From an uncultured virus (IMG/VR IMGVR_UViG_3300032322_002129) (taxonomy: Duplodnaviria > Heunggongvirae > Uroviricota > Caudoviricetes), in the IMG/VR virus record IMGVR_UViG_3300032322_002129: a stretch of DNA of 64,000 bases. One strand, 5' to 3'. Each line of letters opens with the position of its first letter. The first letter of the stretch is position 1. The notes beneath the pieces are model-generated. The model worked only from the letters and a program-made list of their open reading frames with translations. It was not told the DNA's origin and did not search any database. Positions 17,671-26,719 of this stretch are shown here, piece by piece. Both the position numbers and the translations under genes were made by a program.

Positions 17671-19656
17671 CTATTTATCATACCTGCTGCTAACCTTTGG
17701 ATCTACTGATGTACCTTCATACTTTCCTACTTCATGTGCTACGTTTGGTAATACTTCTGCGATAGATTGTTCCATAGTAGTTTTTAGTAGTAGCGCGCAT
17801 GCTTCTACATACTCATCATCACATTCTACCACAATTTCATCATGAACGCAAATGATCATTGCCGCTTTGCTACGATCAACCTGCTCCCAAAACAATTGAA
17901 TTGCACGCTTGGTCATGGTAGCAGAACTGCTCTGAATACTTGCATTCTTCCCTTCACGCTCTGCTGCAAGCCTCTTCCATTTATCAAAGAATGTATTCTG
18001 ATCCCAGTTTCTACGTCTACCCCAAGCATCAACTACATATCCGTCACGTACCGCTTTACGAGCGTTACCATTCAGATACCCGGCAGTAGTAGGGAAGAGA
18101 GAATACCAGCGCTCAATAAGATCATCGCCATCTTGAGGGGTAATCTTATATCCTTGTGATGCAAGCATGACGTTCAATGTTTCAGCAAGGTTTCTACCAG
18201 TAGTTCCATAGGCAATTCCATAACTTAGAGTCTTTGCTGCATCTCTCCAGTACTTGTGTGGTTCTTTCTTCTTGTTTTGTGGAGTAATGTCAGTGTATTT
18301 TAGTACTTCGCGCACTACATACGTATGCACATCACCACGTAAGATCTCATCTAGTAGATTCTTGTCGTTACTTAGTGCAGCAAGGATAACTAACTCAATA
18401 CTTGCAAAGTCTGCAATAAGTAGCTTTCTTCCAGGTGGTGCTTCAATACAGTTGCGAATTGAATACTTTCCTAATCCTAACAGTTGTAGTTTCTTATCTG
18501 TAGGAACATTCTGGAAGTTCGGTCGTGTTGAAGAGTATCTTCCAGTAGCCATTGCACCAAGGCTGTTGAAGGATGGATGTACTCTACCAGTTTTTGGATT
18601 AACTGCATCAAGAATACCATGGATAAACGTACTAAGCAAGATGCGTGCGCCCTTCAAAAACCCTAATGCACGCAAATACTTATTCTCAATACCAGGATAC
18701 CCATCAATAGCAGAAGCAATCTCTTCATCATCAACAAAATCACTGTAGTTAAAGTCAAACTTTGTATTCTTTTTTTTCTTTTTACGCTGCTCTAATTCCC
18801 ATCGTTGAACATCCTTCACATTCAATGACGGAACATCTACACCAACTTTTAGCAGCATAGCCTTGAGCTGATCATTACTACTTGTGTTTACACAACTATA
18901 GCCATCTTTGGTAAAGACAATGGTGTCTGCTGCTCCTTGACTGATGAAGAGATCTTGTAGAACTTTATCAGCCACGCGCACATACTCACTAAATGGGCCG
19001 ATCATCGCAGACAGCATTTCAGTATTTACATACACACCAGCATATTCCATCATTGCGGTAGGAGCAATGATAGCCATCTCTAAGTGATAGACACGAGTAA
19101 GTCCCTTCTCCTTAATTTCTTTCATCTGTTGATCATAGATTGGTAGAAGATAGGTTGTATCATCTGCTGCATATTGTAGTTCTTCATTACTGAAGAATGA
19201 TTCTGTGCGATTGATAAAACCCTCGCGCACACTTTTATCTCTGGTGATACCAAGACGACGCTTGCTTACATCAGCAAGACTAAAACCAACCTTATATCCT
19301 ACTGCCCAGATAAGACGATCTGCAATCATCGTATCGTGCATAGATACCATAGCAATACTATGGTGATAGAAGATCTTATAATCATATGTAAGGTTATGAC
19401 CAATTTTAAGAATGTGCGGATTTTCCAATACTTCCTTGAAAATACTCATTGGTAGTTTTGTCATATCAAAGACAAAGCTGTCATCACCATCAATTGGTGC
19501 GCGGGTACTTAAAGACACCAACAACGGTCTAGCCTGATACGGATCAAGAGATGTCGTTTCAGTATCCACCCCAAGAATAGTATCATCCATCCAAGAGAGA
19601 TCCTGTATTGCTGATAGAATAATAGCTGCTTGTGATTTGTTTGTAATATACTTCAT
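17671..19656 (-). CDS. polA: Family A DNA polymerase with 3'-5' exonuclease
   Basis: DTET, GHNL.YD, YAADD, TGRYSS..PNFQN, ADFASIEL, AKTLSYGIAYG, VHDEI. Confidence 0.95.
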   Translation of the reverse strand: MKYITNKSQAAIILSAIQDLSWMDDTILGVDTETTSLDPYQARPLLVSLSTRAPIDGDDSFVFDMTKLPMSIFKEVLENPHILKIGHNLTYDYKIFYHHSIAMVSMHDTMIADRLIWAVGYKVGFSLADVSKRRLGITRDKSVREGFINRTESFFSNEELQYAADDTTYLLPIYDQQMKEIKEKGLTRVYHLEMAIIAPTAMMEYAGVYVNTEMLSAMIGPFSEYVRVADKVLQDLFISQGAADTIVFTKDGYSCVNTSSNDQLKAMLLKVGVDVPSLNVKDVQRWELEQRKKKKKNTKFDFNYSDFVDDEEIASAIDGYPGIENKYLRALGFLKGARILLSTFIHGILDAVNPKTGRVHPSFNSLGAMATGRYSSTRPNFQNVPTDKKLQLLGLGKYSIRNCIEAPPGRKLLIADFASIELVILAALSNDKNLLDEILRGDVHTYVVREVLKYTDITPQNKKKEPHKYWRDAAKTLSYGIAYGTTGRNLAETLNVMLASQGYKITPQDGDDLIERWYSLFPTTAGYLNGNARKAVRDGYVVDAWGRRRNWDQNTFFDKWKRLAAEREGKNASIQSSSATMTKRAIQLFWEQVDRSKAAMIICVHDEIVVECDDEYVEACALLLKTTMEQSIAEVLPNVAHEVGKYEGTSVDPKVSSRYDK

Positions 19657-20054
19657 ACGCGCACAAAACTTTCTTTGTCAGTGGTAGTTACAACTGATCC
19701 AGCAATCTTCACAACAAACGACCCAGTAGCCGACCCAGTCTCCGACCCAGTTACATTTGGTCTAATAGTAACACATGCGACGCCAATTGTCCAATCAACA
19801 TCTTCATCTACAAAAACCAACTCATTCTGATTATCAAAGACTAGTTTGATAAGTGTGGGTGAATAGGCTTTGCCATCTTCACCCACACGCTTCTCTGGAG
19901 CTAGTTTAAAACCTGTTGTTTTCTGTATGGCAATGTCAGTAAGTATACCACAAAACTCATGTGTGTCAAATGTGATTGTACACGTATGCCCTAACAGTGT
20001 ATAAAATAAACTACGAATAGCTTCAACTCTCTGCTGTTGTCCTTTTGTTGCCAT
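19653..20054 (-). CDS. Hypothetical protein
   Basis: AGGAG RBS, coupled to polA. Confidence 0.7.
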   Translation of the reverse strand: MATKGQQQRVEAIRSLFYTLLGHTCTITFDTHEFCGILTDIAIQKTTGFKLAPEKRVGEDGKAYSPTLIKLVFDNQNELVFVDEDVDWTIGVACVTIRPNVTGSETGSATGSFVVKIAGSVVTTTDKESFVRV

Positions 20055-20096
20055 ACATACTCCTAACTATTTATACTAACCGTTTATACTAACCGT

Positions 20097-21197
20097 TTAT
20101 ACTTCTACTGCTGATAGTACTTTATACATAAGATCTCGTAGGAAGTATAAAGGCATAAAGTATATCGTCTTTTCAGCCTTATTGATGTAGAGTGAGATCT
20201 TTGCAAATCGTACGCTTATACTTTCCCCCGCACTATCTTGAATAAACTGAACTTTCATAGCGTTCTCAATTGCATCGAGAAACATCATGATATTTGGTGA
20301 ATACTTTACTGAATTATCTTTTCTCATACTAGGATTACCACGATGTGTAGAGATGTATGACCAGTTCTCTGTAGTAGGTGATGAAAGCATATACTCTAGT
20401 ATAGCACGATCACAGTCATATGTCAAGAGCTTTCGCACAGCCTCTTCTGTTAACAACGCACAATAAAATGGTGTATCATGAAAATGCAGTACAATAGTAC
20501 CTAGCTTTGCGCGGGTAACGTATACCTCATTCTCTAGCTGATCAAACCATTCATCACCTTTAAAAATAATAGCAGGACGATTGTAACGTAGCTTTGCGGT
20601 CATCTTACATTCAACAATCATCATCCCATCTTCATAACGCTTATCATCTACCTGAACATACAAAGGTACCATTACATCACCCTTCCAACTTCTTCCTGCT
20701 CCTGATAATGGTACTCGTTTTCCTCGTAGATATTTTGCTACATAGTTTTCCATTCTCCGCGCACGATCTTTATTTAATCTATTTGTCTTTGCACGATCTT
20801 CCATAATTTCCTTTCTTCCAGCATTGCCTGATTTTGTCAGCTGCTTGGACGGCTTTCCTCGTACAAGCACTCGTGCTACAGACTGCTGGAATATGTATTC
20901 ATGAATATTATCCTTTCCCACTAATTTATATCGCTCATCAACAAAGCCAGGCTTTGTTACTGGAATATCCTTTGTCCTTGCATTAAACGCCTTAGACACC
21001 CCAGGATCAATGTCCTGGAGTGTCTTTGGAAAGCGTAGCGTAGTATCTGCTGGTTTAGGTGCTTTGCTGTGCATTGAACGCTGTAGAGTGTATTTTCTTG
21101 AGCGTACAATACCTAGTTTCTTTTCCAGCTTTTCTACCCCTAACAATTTTCCTTTAAACCTGCGTTTTACTTTTGTATTTACCTTTGTGCGCGGCAT
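20097..21197 (-). CDS. Hjc-like PD-(D/E)XK nuclease with basic N-terminus
   Basis: E..VAK, RVPLSGA, KGDV, IVECK. Confidence 0.7.
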   Translation of the reverse strand: MPRTKVNTKVKRRFKGKLLGVEKLEKKLGIVRSRKYTLQRSMHSKAPKPADTTLRFPKTLQDIDPGVSKAFNARTKDIPVTKPGFVDERYKLVGKDNIHEYIFQQSVARVLVRGKPSKQLTKSGNAGRKEIMEDRAKTNRLNKDRARRMENYVAKYLRGKRVPLSGAGRSWKGDVMVPLYVQVDDKRYEDGMMIVECKMTAKLRYNRPAIIFKGDEWFDQLENEVYVTRAKLGTIVLHFHDTPFYCALLTEEAVRKLLTYDCDRAILEYMLSSPTTENWSYISTHRGNPSMRKDNSVKYSPNIMMFLDAIENAMKVQFIQDSAGESISVRFAKISLYINKAEKTIYFMPLYFLRDLMYKVLSAVEV

Positions 21198-21199
21198 GA

Positions 21200-22447
21200 T
21201 TATACATCCATTCCCTTAAACCGCTGATATGGCCCACAGAAGAGGATAGACGTTGTACCAATAGGCCCAAAGCGATTCTTTAAGAAATTCACTTCTACAT
21301 TACGGACTTCTGTGTTGGTATCATCAGGATTAAGCAGAAACACCACATCTGCTACCTGTGCAATCTCACCACTATCACGAATACCATCAAGCCCTTGACC
21401 ATTGCGATTAAGCTGCGAGAGTGCTACAATGGTAATGTTTAATTCCTTAGCAAGGGCTTTCAGCGTCTCTGCTACTTCACCAAGATCACTATTAGTATTT
21501 CCTGTTGGATTATGATTTACGATCTGAATATAATCAAGGAATACTACACGCACACCATTCTGGATGACATGCTCCCTAATTTCCTTTACCATCTTATAGA
21601 GTGTAATCTTTCCATTGTCAATAACATACATTGGTAGCTTTTGCAGAGTAGTAACAACACGCTCAATATCCTGCGTCTGCTCTGGTGTCAGTCTACCACT
21701 TGCGATATATCGACTATCAATATTCAGTGTACCAGCAATCCATTTGACAAAGAGATCTTCTTTTGACATCTCAAGACTAAAGAATAGGCTTGGTGTAGGA
21801 TCGTGATTACCATTGGTGTTAACATGTCTTGCCATCTCTAGCATACTGTTCGCTACCAGTGTTGTCTTACCACCACCTGGCCCTGCTGCGAGTACAACAA
21901 AAGCTTTTGGCTTCCACTCACCACCCATTCGGATGTCCAACCAAGGCATACCTGTAGAAGCAAAACGATACTTCTTGCCTAGCTTTGCGTGAAGATTACC
22001 AAGGAACTCCACAGCACCACCAGTAGTTGAACTATCTTCACCAGCACCTACTGCATGGAAGGATAGTGATCTCATAATATCACCATCGCTAGGACTAAAC
22101 TGGCTTGCAATAAACTCAAACTCTTCTGCTTTCTGCCGTGCAACACGCTTCGTAGCTAGACGCACACAGTCATCAAACACAGCTGCAATAGATGTCGTGT
22201 GAGATGCAAGAAGCTCTCCTGGAACCTCACCCTTGAGATGCAGTGATAGTCCTCGAAGATCAAGAGAGCCATACTGAGTAAAGGTATCACGTAGTGCGCG
22301 GAAAACAGTAACACGCTCTTCAGTAAACATCACCTCATTAATACGATGAAGATAGATAGCGTTCTTTGGATCAAGAAGAGCTGCAAGTAGCTTCCACTCA
22401 CTTACCTCATCAACGAATACATTGCTGAAAGAAATACTTTTTGTCAT
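21200..22447 (-). CDS. dnaB: Replicative helicase, DnaB-like (start MTKSIS)
   Basis: AGPGGGKTT, FFSLEM, FLDYIQ, LSQLNR, DSGEIAQ.AD, KNRFGP; AGGAAGG RBS at 22447. Confidence 0.92.
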   Translation of the reverse strand: MTKSISFSNVFVDEVSEWKLLAALLDPKNAIYLHRINEVMFTEERVTVFRALRDTFTQYGSLDLRGLSLHLKGEVPGELLASHTTSIAAVFDDCVRLATKRVARQKAEEFEFIASQFSPSDGDIMRSLSFHAVGAGEDSSTTGGAVEFLGNLHAKLGKKYRFASTGMPWLDIRMGGEWKPKAFVVLAAGPGGGKTTLVANSMLEMARHVNTNGNHDPTPSLFFSLEMSKEDLFVKWIAGTLNIDSRYIASGRLTPEQTQDIERVVTTLQKLPMYVIDNGKITLYKMVKEIREHVIQNGVRVVFLDYIQIVNHNPTGNTNSDLGEVAETLKALAKELNITIVALSQLNRNGQGLDGIRDSGEIAQVADVVFLLNPDDTNTEVRNVEVNFLKNRFGPIGTTSILFCGPYQRFKGMDV

Positions 22448-22494
22448 AAAGAACCTTCCTAATAGAGAAACTAGCAGAGAAACTAACAGAGAGA

Positions 22495-23376
22495 TTAATA
22501 GCGAAACTGTAGCCACGTTTCATATGGCAGCGCAGCTTGGAGAATACAAGGGAATAAGTCTGGTGCTTGTAACAGGAATGAATCAATATCCATCTTCTCT
22601 TTACCTAGTGAAGGTAGTGTTGCTACTCGGCAGGTGTCGAAGTTGGATGCAATGTTTATCACTGCCCGCGCAATAGTATATCGCTGTTCTGGTTGTGTGT
22701 CAAATAGGATAATCACATCTTGACCATACTGCTGTCGAAAGCCCTTCCTCCATGTATTCATGCCCGGAAGTGCTATAGTGGGATACCCATGTTGCCATGC
22801 AATAGCAGCTTTAATTTCACCTTCTGTAAGAACTAGTGTTTTATTTTTTGATAGAAAGTAATTGTACGGATAATCTGCCCCTCTAAAATATGCACTATGA
22901 CGTGGTGATTTGTATTTTTGTTCAACTGTTTTTTCTAGTGTGCGCGCACGAATATCAGAAATCACACCATCAAAACCTATATAGGGAAACGTAACACGAT
23001 TAGCAAAAAATGCTTTTCCCTGAACTGCCAATCCAGCATGTCGTGCTACATCAGTACGATACCAGATAGCAGAATCATCAGGACAATATCCAATACGTAG
23101 TTGGACAATTGTACTATCTGTAAAGCCTCGTTGATATAACCATGCAGTAACTTCTGGTGTTAAGCAACTATGATAGTAGTTACTCATACGATCATAGTAA
23201 TCACGAATATGATCAAGTAATGGACTTCTACTTAGACTGCTATGATGTTCTGATCTATCAATATGTGTAGTGTACGTACAGTTGAAGCAGTATCCTAGAT
23301 TATTATGATTAGTGATGTAAAAATTACCACCACCACACTCTGGACATTCTTCTTTTCTTCCAGCCATAATATACAC
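22495..23376 (-). CDS. DNA primase (Zn finger + TOPRIM)
   Basis: CPECGG..CFNC, F.NRVTFP, KYKS, LTEGEIKA, FD. Confidence 0.9.
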   Translation of the reverse strand: MYIMAGRKEECPECGGGNFYITNHNNLGYCFNCTYTTHIDRSEHHSSLSRSPLLDHIRDYYDRMSNYYHSCLTPEVTAWLYQRGFTDSTIVQLRIGYCPDDSAIWYRTDVARHAGLAVQGKAFFANRVTFPYIGFDGVISDIRARTLEKTVEQKYKSPRHSAYFRGADYPYNYFLSKNKTLVLTEGEIKAAIAWQHGYPTIALPGMNTWRKGFRQQYGQDVIILFDTQPEQRYTIARAVINIASNFDTCRVATLPSLGKEKMDIDSFLLQAPDLFPCILQAALPYETWLQFRY

Positions 23377-23397
23377 CTTTATAACAGAAAGTATAAC

Positions 23398-23432
23398 AAA
23401 AAAGATAGGGCATAGCCGAAACTATGCCCTAT
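23398..23432 (-). terminator. Intrinsic terminator after the SSB gene
   Basis: ATAGGGCATAG-TTTCGG-CTATGCCCTAT-CTTTTTT. Confidence 0.85.
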
Positions 23433-23447
23433 AAATCCTGTCAATGA

Positions 23448-24311
23448 TTACTCAGAATCTTCAGACGATCCTTCTAGCTGCGGAAAGAGTACAATACCAG
23501 AGTCCTTCATCACCTCATCAAAATCTTCACCGTCAAGCAGTGCGTTGATCACGCTATGTGGCCAAGGCTTCACCCAACTCTTCAGATCGTAGCGAGGAAG
23601 ATTGACGTGCTCCTCTGCAATAGGACGAAAATCACCAGCCACCTGAAACGCACGACGAGTATCAGTGCCCTCACCAGTTACACGTAGCGCAATATCAAAC
23701 TCATACAACTGAAGCACACGATCCTCGTTATCTGGTGCGGTAACACTACCATCAAGATCATTGAGCCCTTGCAGCATATGCCTACCATCTGGCCTACCAT
23801 TACTACCCTCTAGGATACGTACCTGAAGCAGTGGTGCAGGAATACCATCTAGCTTTGTCGTAGTACCGTTGACTTCAGCATAGTATTGATTATTCTCTGA
23901 AGGATAAGCAAACTTGTTGTTCGGTAGCTTAATAACCTTCGTCTTATCCAGCACATTGATCGCAAAACGCTGCTTTGCCAGTACGCGATCACGATTAGGC
24001 TTACCATTCACCTCACGAGGAAGATCGTGGTACAGACGCTCCCAGATAGGATTACTGAAAGGCTTGTACGGATCAACCATTACACGCTGCTGCCGCTGCT
24101 GTCCCTGCTTCATCACTGGGATCCAGTACTCTGCAAACGGTACTTCATCCTGCATCACCATACCAACTGACGCAATCTGCGGGAGAATACGAAACACACG
24201 ACGCCCAGTACGATAGATACCACGCAGAGGATCAATCCAAGGGTTAACAAAATCTTCCGTAGAACCAGTACCAGCACCGCGAGTGTTCTTCATGCTGTCA
24301 CCAAATGCCAT
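23448..24311 (-). CDS. Putative single-stranded DNA-binding protein (gp32-like)
   Basis: FRILP, RFAINVLD, DI.L...G.G.DT, acidic tail, own promoter and terminator, next to primase. Confidence 0.65.
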   Translation of the reverse strand: MAFGDSMKNTRGAGTGSTEDFVNPWIDPLRGIYRTGRRVFRILPQIASVGMVMQDEVPFAEYWIPVMKQGQQRQQRVMVDPYKPFSNPIWERLYHDLPREVNGKPNRDRVLAKQRFAINVLDKTKVIKLPNNKFAYPSENNQYYAEVNGTTTKLDGIPAPLLQVRILEGSNGRPDGRHMLQGLNDLDGSVTAPDNEDRVLQLYEFDIALRVTGEGTDTRRAFQVAGDFRPIAEEHVNLPRYDLKSWVKPWPHSVINALLDGEDFDEVMKDSGIVLFPQLEGSSEDSE

Positions 24312-24369
24312 AAGAGACCTCCGTTCAGTATTGTCTAGCTGCTGTACATCAGCTGCTCTTCATATTGCC

Positions 24370-24423
24370 AGTATATCACGACCAAGGCTTGTTGTCAAGT
24401 GGTTTATGTTAGCGTTGTGTTAG
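24370..24423 (-). promoter_or_regulatory. Sigma-70 promoter with CTAACA-N5-CTAACA box
   Basis: CTAACA-CAACG-CTAACA-N8-TTGACA-N17-TATACT. Confidence 0.8.
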
Positions 24424-24725
24424 CGAATCAGTTTTGCCGCTGACTCTGGATTATAATCTTCTGCCTGCATAATCTTCTGCATCAACTGTTCAACTTCCTC
24501 AGGATCAAGGCTATTGATTGTAAGATCTACAGAATCCCAAGGCATTTGTAGAAGAATTGGCCCATTTGTTGCAACAATACCAGTAAGGATTTCATGCACT
24601 TCTGGATTCCAAATAATAACAGATTTCATATCTGCGGTGATTACTACAAATAGTTTTGGCTCTGCAAATGATAGTGTTTGTGTTTCTGTGTTTTCTTCAT
24701 TCTGATGTACTGGTTCTTGTGTCAT
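24420..24725 (-). CDS. Hypothetical protein
   Basis: AAGGAG RBS. Confidence 0.7.
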   Translation of the reverse strand: MTQEPVHQNEENTETQTLSFAEPKLFVVITADMKSVIIWNPEVHEILTGIVATNGPILLQMPWDSVDLTINSLDPEEVEQLMQKIMQAEDYNPESAAKLIR

Positions 24726-24755
24726 GTGTTACTCCTTTTTATTCTTGCCCGCGCA

Positions 24756-24989
24756 TTACGCACACCATCGTTCAAAACTCATTGCATCAACCTTCATAAT
24801 CTCTTGAGCCATCTCAATAAGATCCACGCGATCACAGTCCATGTGGTTTGCTACATAGTTTACAAACAGTTTGATTAATTCATCCTCTACAACATGCGCC
24901 GCTTCATGATCTCCAATTGATGCGTAGGTTGAGATCTCTTCTACACGTTCGCGCACATGCTCAATGGTTAGCATAAGTATCCTCCTCAC
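24756..24989 (-). CDS. Hypothetical protein
   Basis: GAGGAGG RBS; D.EAAH..ED.L and F.RWCA motifs typical of a small phage family. Confidence 0.7.
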   Translation of the reverse strand: MRRILMLTIEHVRERVEEISTYASIGDHEAAHVVEDELIKLFVNYVANHMDCDRVDLIEMAQEIMKVDAMSFERWCA

Positions 24990-25320
24990 CTGGATCCTTC
25001 TCTCCTGGATCCTTCTCTCCTGGATCGTTTACCATAAACTCCCACATAGCGTAATAGTGATCAAGTAAAACTACTTCTCGTAAACTTTGCTCTTCTCTTA
25101 CATAGTAGATAAAGCTCTCTTGAATAAGATCCATGACTAATTCACGTGCGTGATGTACTGCTAAGCCTAGATGATGTAGTGCAAGAAAATAGCTGTGGTA
25201 ATTTATTTGATTACAGTTTCGAAATGTATTCAGCCTGTTTTTTAACAGTCGATACTGAACATTCATCATGATAATAACTTCTATTGCTTGCTCTTCACTT
25301 GCTGTTCGCTCGTTACTCAT
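24961..25320 (-). CDS. Hypothetical helical protein (paralog trio), DPGEK repeats
   Basis: Start MSNE after the duplicated 33-bp RBS block. Confidence 0.7.
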   Translation of the reverse strand: MSNERTASEEQAIEVIIMMNVQYRLLKNRLNTFRNCNQINYHSYFLALHHLGLAVHHARELVMDLIQESFIYYVREEQSLREVVLLDHYYAMWEFMVNDPGEKDPGEKDPGEEDTYANH

Positions 25321-25350
25321 AGTGATCCTTTCTACTCTGTGCGCGCACAT

Positions 25351-25644
25351 CTAAAGATTACGAGTAATATAACGATGTTCTACATTTGATTGCCAGATAG
25401 AAAAACAAATGTGGACAGACATGTTACTAAAATCTAGATCTAAATTAGCTACACTCTTCAAACTCTGCTGCATATGCTTTTTTAATGAACTTTGAAGATG
25501 ATAAACTACAGACTGCATAGAGTACCGTGCTTGCGTAATATCATGATCTTCTGTATCATTTAGTTCGAAGAGAGAGATACGTTCAACAGTGACAAATCTT
25601 TGATACATTTTAACAATCATGTCCACATTTGCTACATCTGTCAT
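25351..25644 (-). CDS. Hypothetical helical protein (paralog trio)
   Basis: Same 33-bp upstream block. Confidence 0.7.
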   Translation of the reverse strand: MTDVANVDMIVKMYQRFVTVERISLFELNDTEDHDITQARYSMQSVVYHLQSSLKKHMQQSLKSVANLDLDFSNMSVHICFSIWQSNVEHRYITRNL

Positions 25645-25655
25645 AGTGATCCTTT

Positions 25656-26027
25656 CTACTCTGTGCGCGCACAGTATACACTACCATACCACAACTCATA
25701 GATAATATGTAGAGATGAAAGGGGTGAATAGGATACGTTATTCCTTTCTAGACTAGCAAGAAGTAAATCACGAACAAACTCTTGTGACATAATTTTACCT
25801 GCGTTTATCGCAGAGATGCTATCGGATACGCGAATTGGTAAGCTATATGGTGTATAGATAAGCGCAGAATCAAACGCATCAATAGTTCGCTCTAGTGCTA
25901 CGTAGCAATGATAGATGTCCATGATTTCATTTGGATCTGCATTATGAATAATCGATTCTTCAGGCTCATTCCGAAAAGCCTTTCGTTGATCATAAGCAAT
26001 AGGTGTTGAAAGATCTTTGTTATTCAT
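25656..26027 (-). CDS. Hypothetical helical protein (paralog trio)
   Basis: Similar residue pattern to its two neighbours. Confidence 0.7.
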   Translation of the reverse strand: MNNKDLSTPIAYDQRKAFRNEPEESIIHNADPNEIMDIYHCYVALERTIDAFDSALIYTPYSLPIRVSDSISAINAGKIMSQEFVRDLLLASLERNNVSYSPLSSLHIIYELWYGSVYCARTE

Positions 26028-26422
26028 TAAAATGCCTCAAAGCTATCAGAAGTATCACTAGGGGTATCGAAAAGCACTGCTGAATTAGTAAGCATAGCCA
26101 TATCAAGTGCGGCGATTACACGATCATCATCCTCTTCAAGATTTACTCCATTGGTTTTATTAAAGAGAGATACAAACTCAGCTTCCATAAGTTCAATAAC
26201 ATACTGATACCCGATACGCTCCCAAGGATGAAGGTTGTTGGTGTTGTTTTTTGCAGTTGTAATAAACCCGCCCACAAGCTCTAGAGCCTCTTCTAGAACC
26301 TCGTGTGATGATGCGTTATGAACTGTTGCTGTTGTACAAATAAAACCTGAAAGAAGCGGTATGCGTACATTCGCAATAAATGCATCCCTGCGATCCTCAA
26401 GCATCTTAATATGATCTTCCAT
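26027..26422 (-). CDS. Hypothetical acidic protein
   Basis: AGAGGA RBS. Confidence 0.7.
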   Translation of the reverse strand: MEDHIKMLEDRRDAFIANVRIPLLSGFICTTATVHNASSHEVLEEALELVGGFITTAKNNTNNLHPWERIGYQYVIELMEAEFVSLFNKTNGVNLEEDDDRVIAALDMAMLTNSAVLFDTPSDTSDSFEAF

Positions 26423-26469
26423 AATGCTTCCTCTCTTACTTTTTGTGCTTGCTTTTCCTTACCACGAAC

Positions 26470-26498
26470 ATCATAGCACAAGTCAAGCATCCTGTCAA
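26470..26498 (-). promoter_or_regulatory. Sigma-70 promoter
   Basis: TTGACA-N17-TATGAT. Confidence 0.7.
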
Positions 26499-26528
26499 TA
26501 GGCAATTGTACCTATGTGTGCGCGGGTA

Positions 26529-26714
26529 CTAATACCCTAATTCTTTCTCCACATCACGAGTAAAATCATTCATCCCATCAAGAATAATCTTACGTAGTGT
26601 AGGTGTAAGTAGATTTTGTTTTTCTAATTCTAAAAGCATACGCTTAATATACTTCCCGCGCAAATGTAGTAAAACCCTCTGAGTAATAGTTTTCTGTCGT
26701 AATTCTGTAAGCAT
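26529..26714 (-). CDS. Small hypothetical protein
   Basis: AAGGA RBS, follows the glycosyltransferase. Confidence 0.6.
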   Translation of the reverse strand: MLTELRQKTITQRVLLHLRGKYIKRMLLELEKQNLLTPTLRKIILDGMNDFTRDVEKELGY

Positions 26715-26719
26715 TCCTT

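Noticed and set aside
20071..20102. 13-bp tandem repeat TTTATACTAACCG
   Set aside because: Only ~2.5 copies at a gene end; looks like a local slippage duplication
22448..22516. Hydrophobic N-terminal extension of the helicase (VSLLISLLVSLL)
   Set aside because: It comes from 12-bp tandem repeats at the primase/helicase junction; a good RBS precedes ATG 22447
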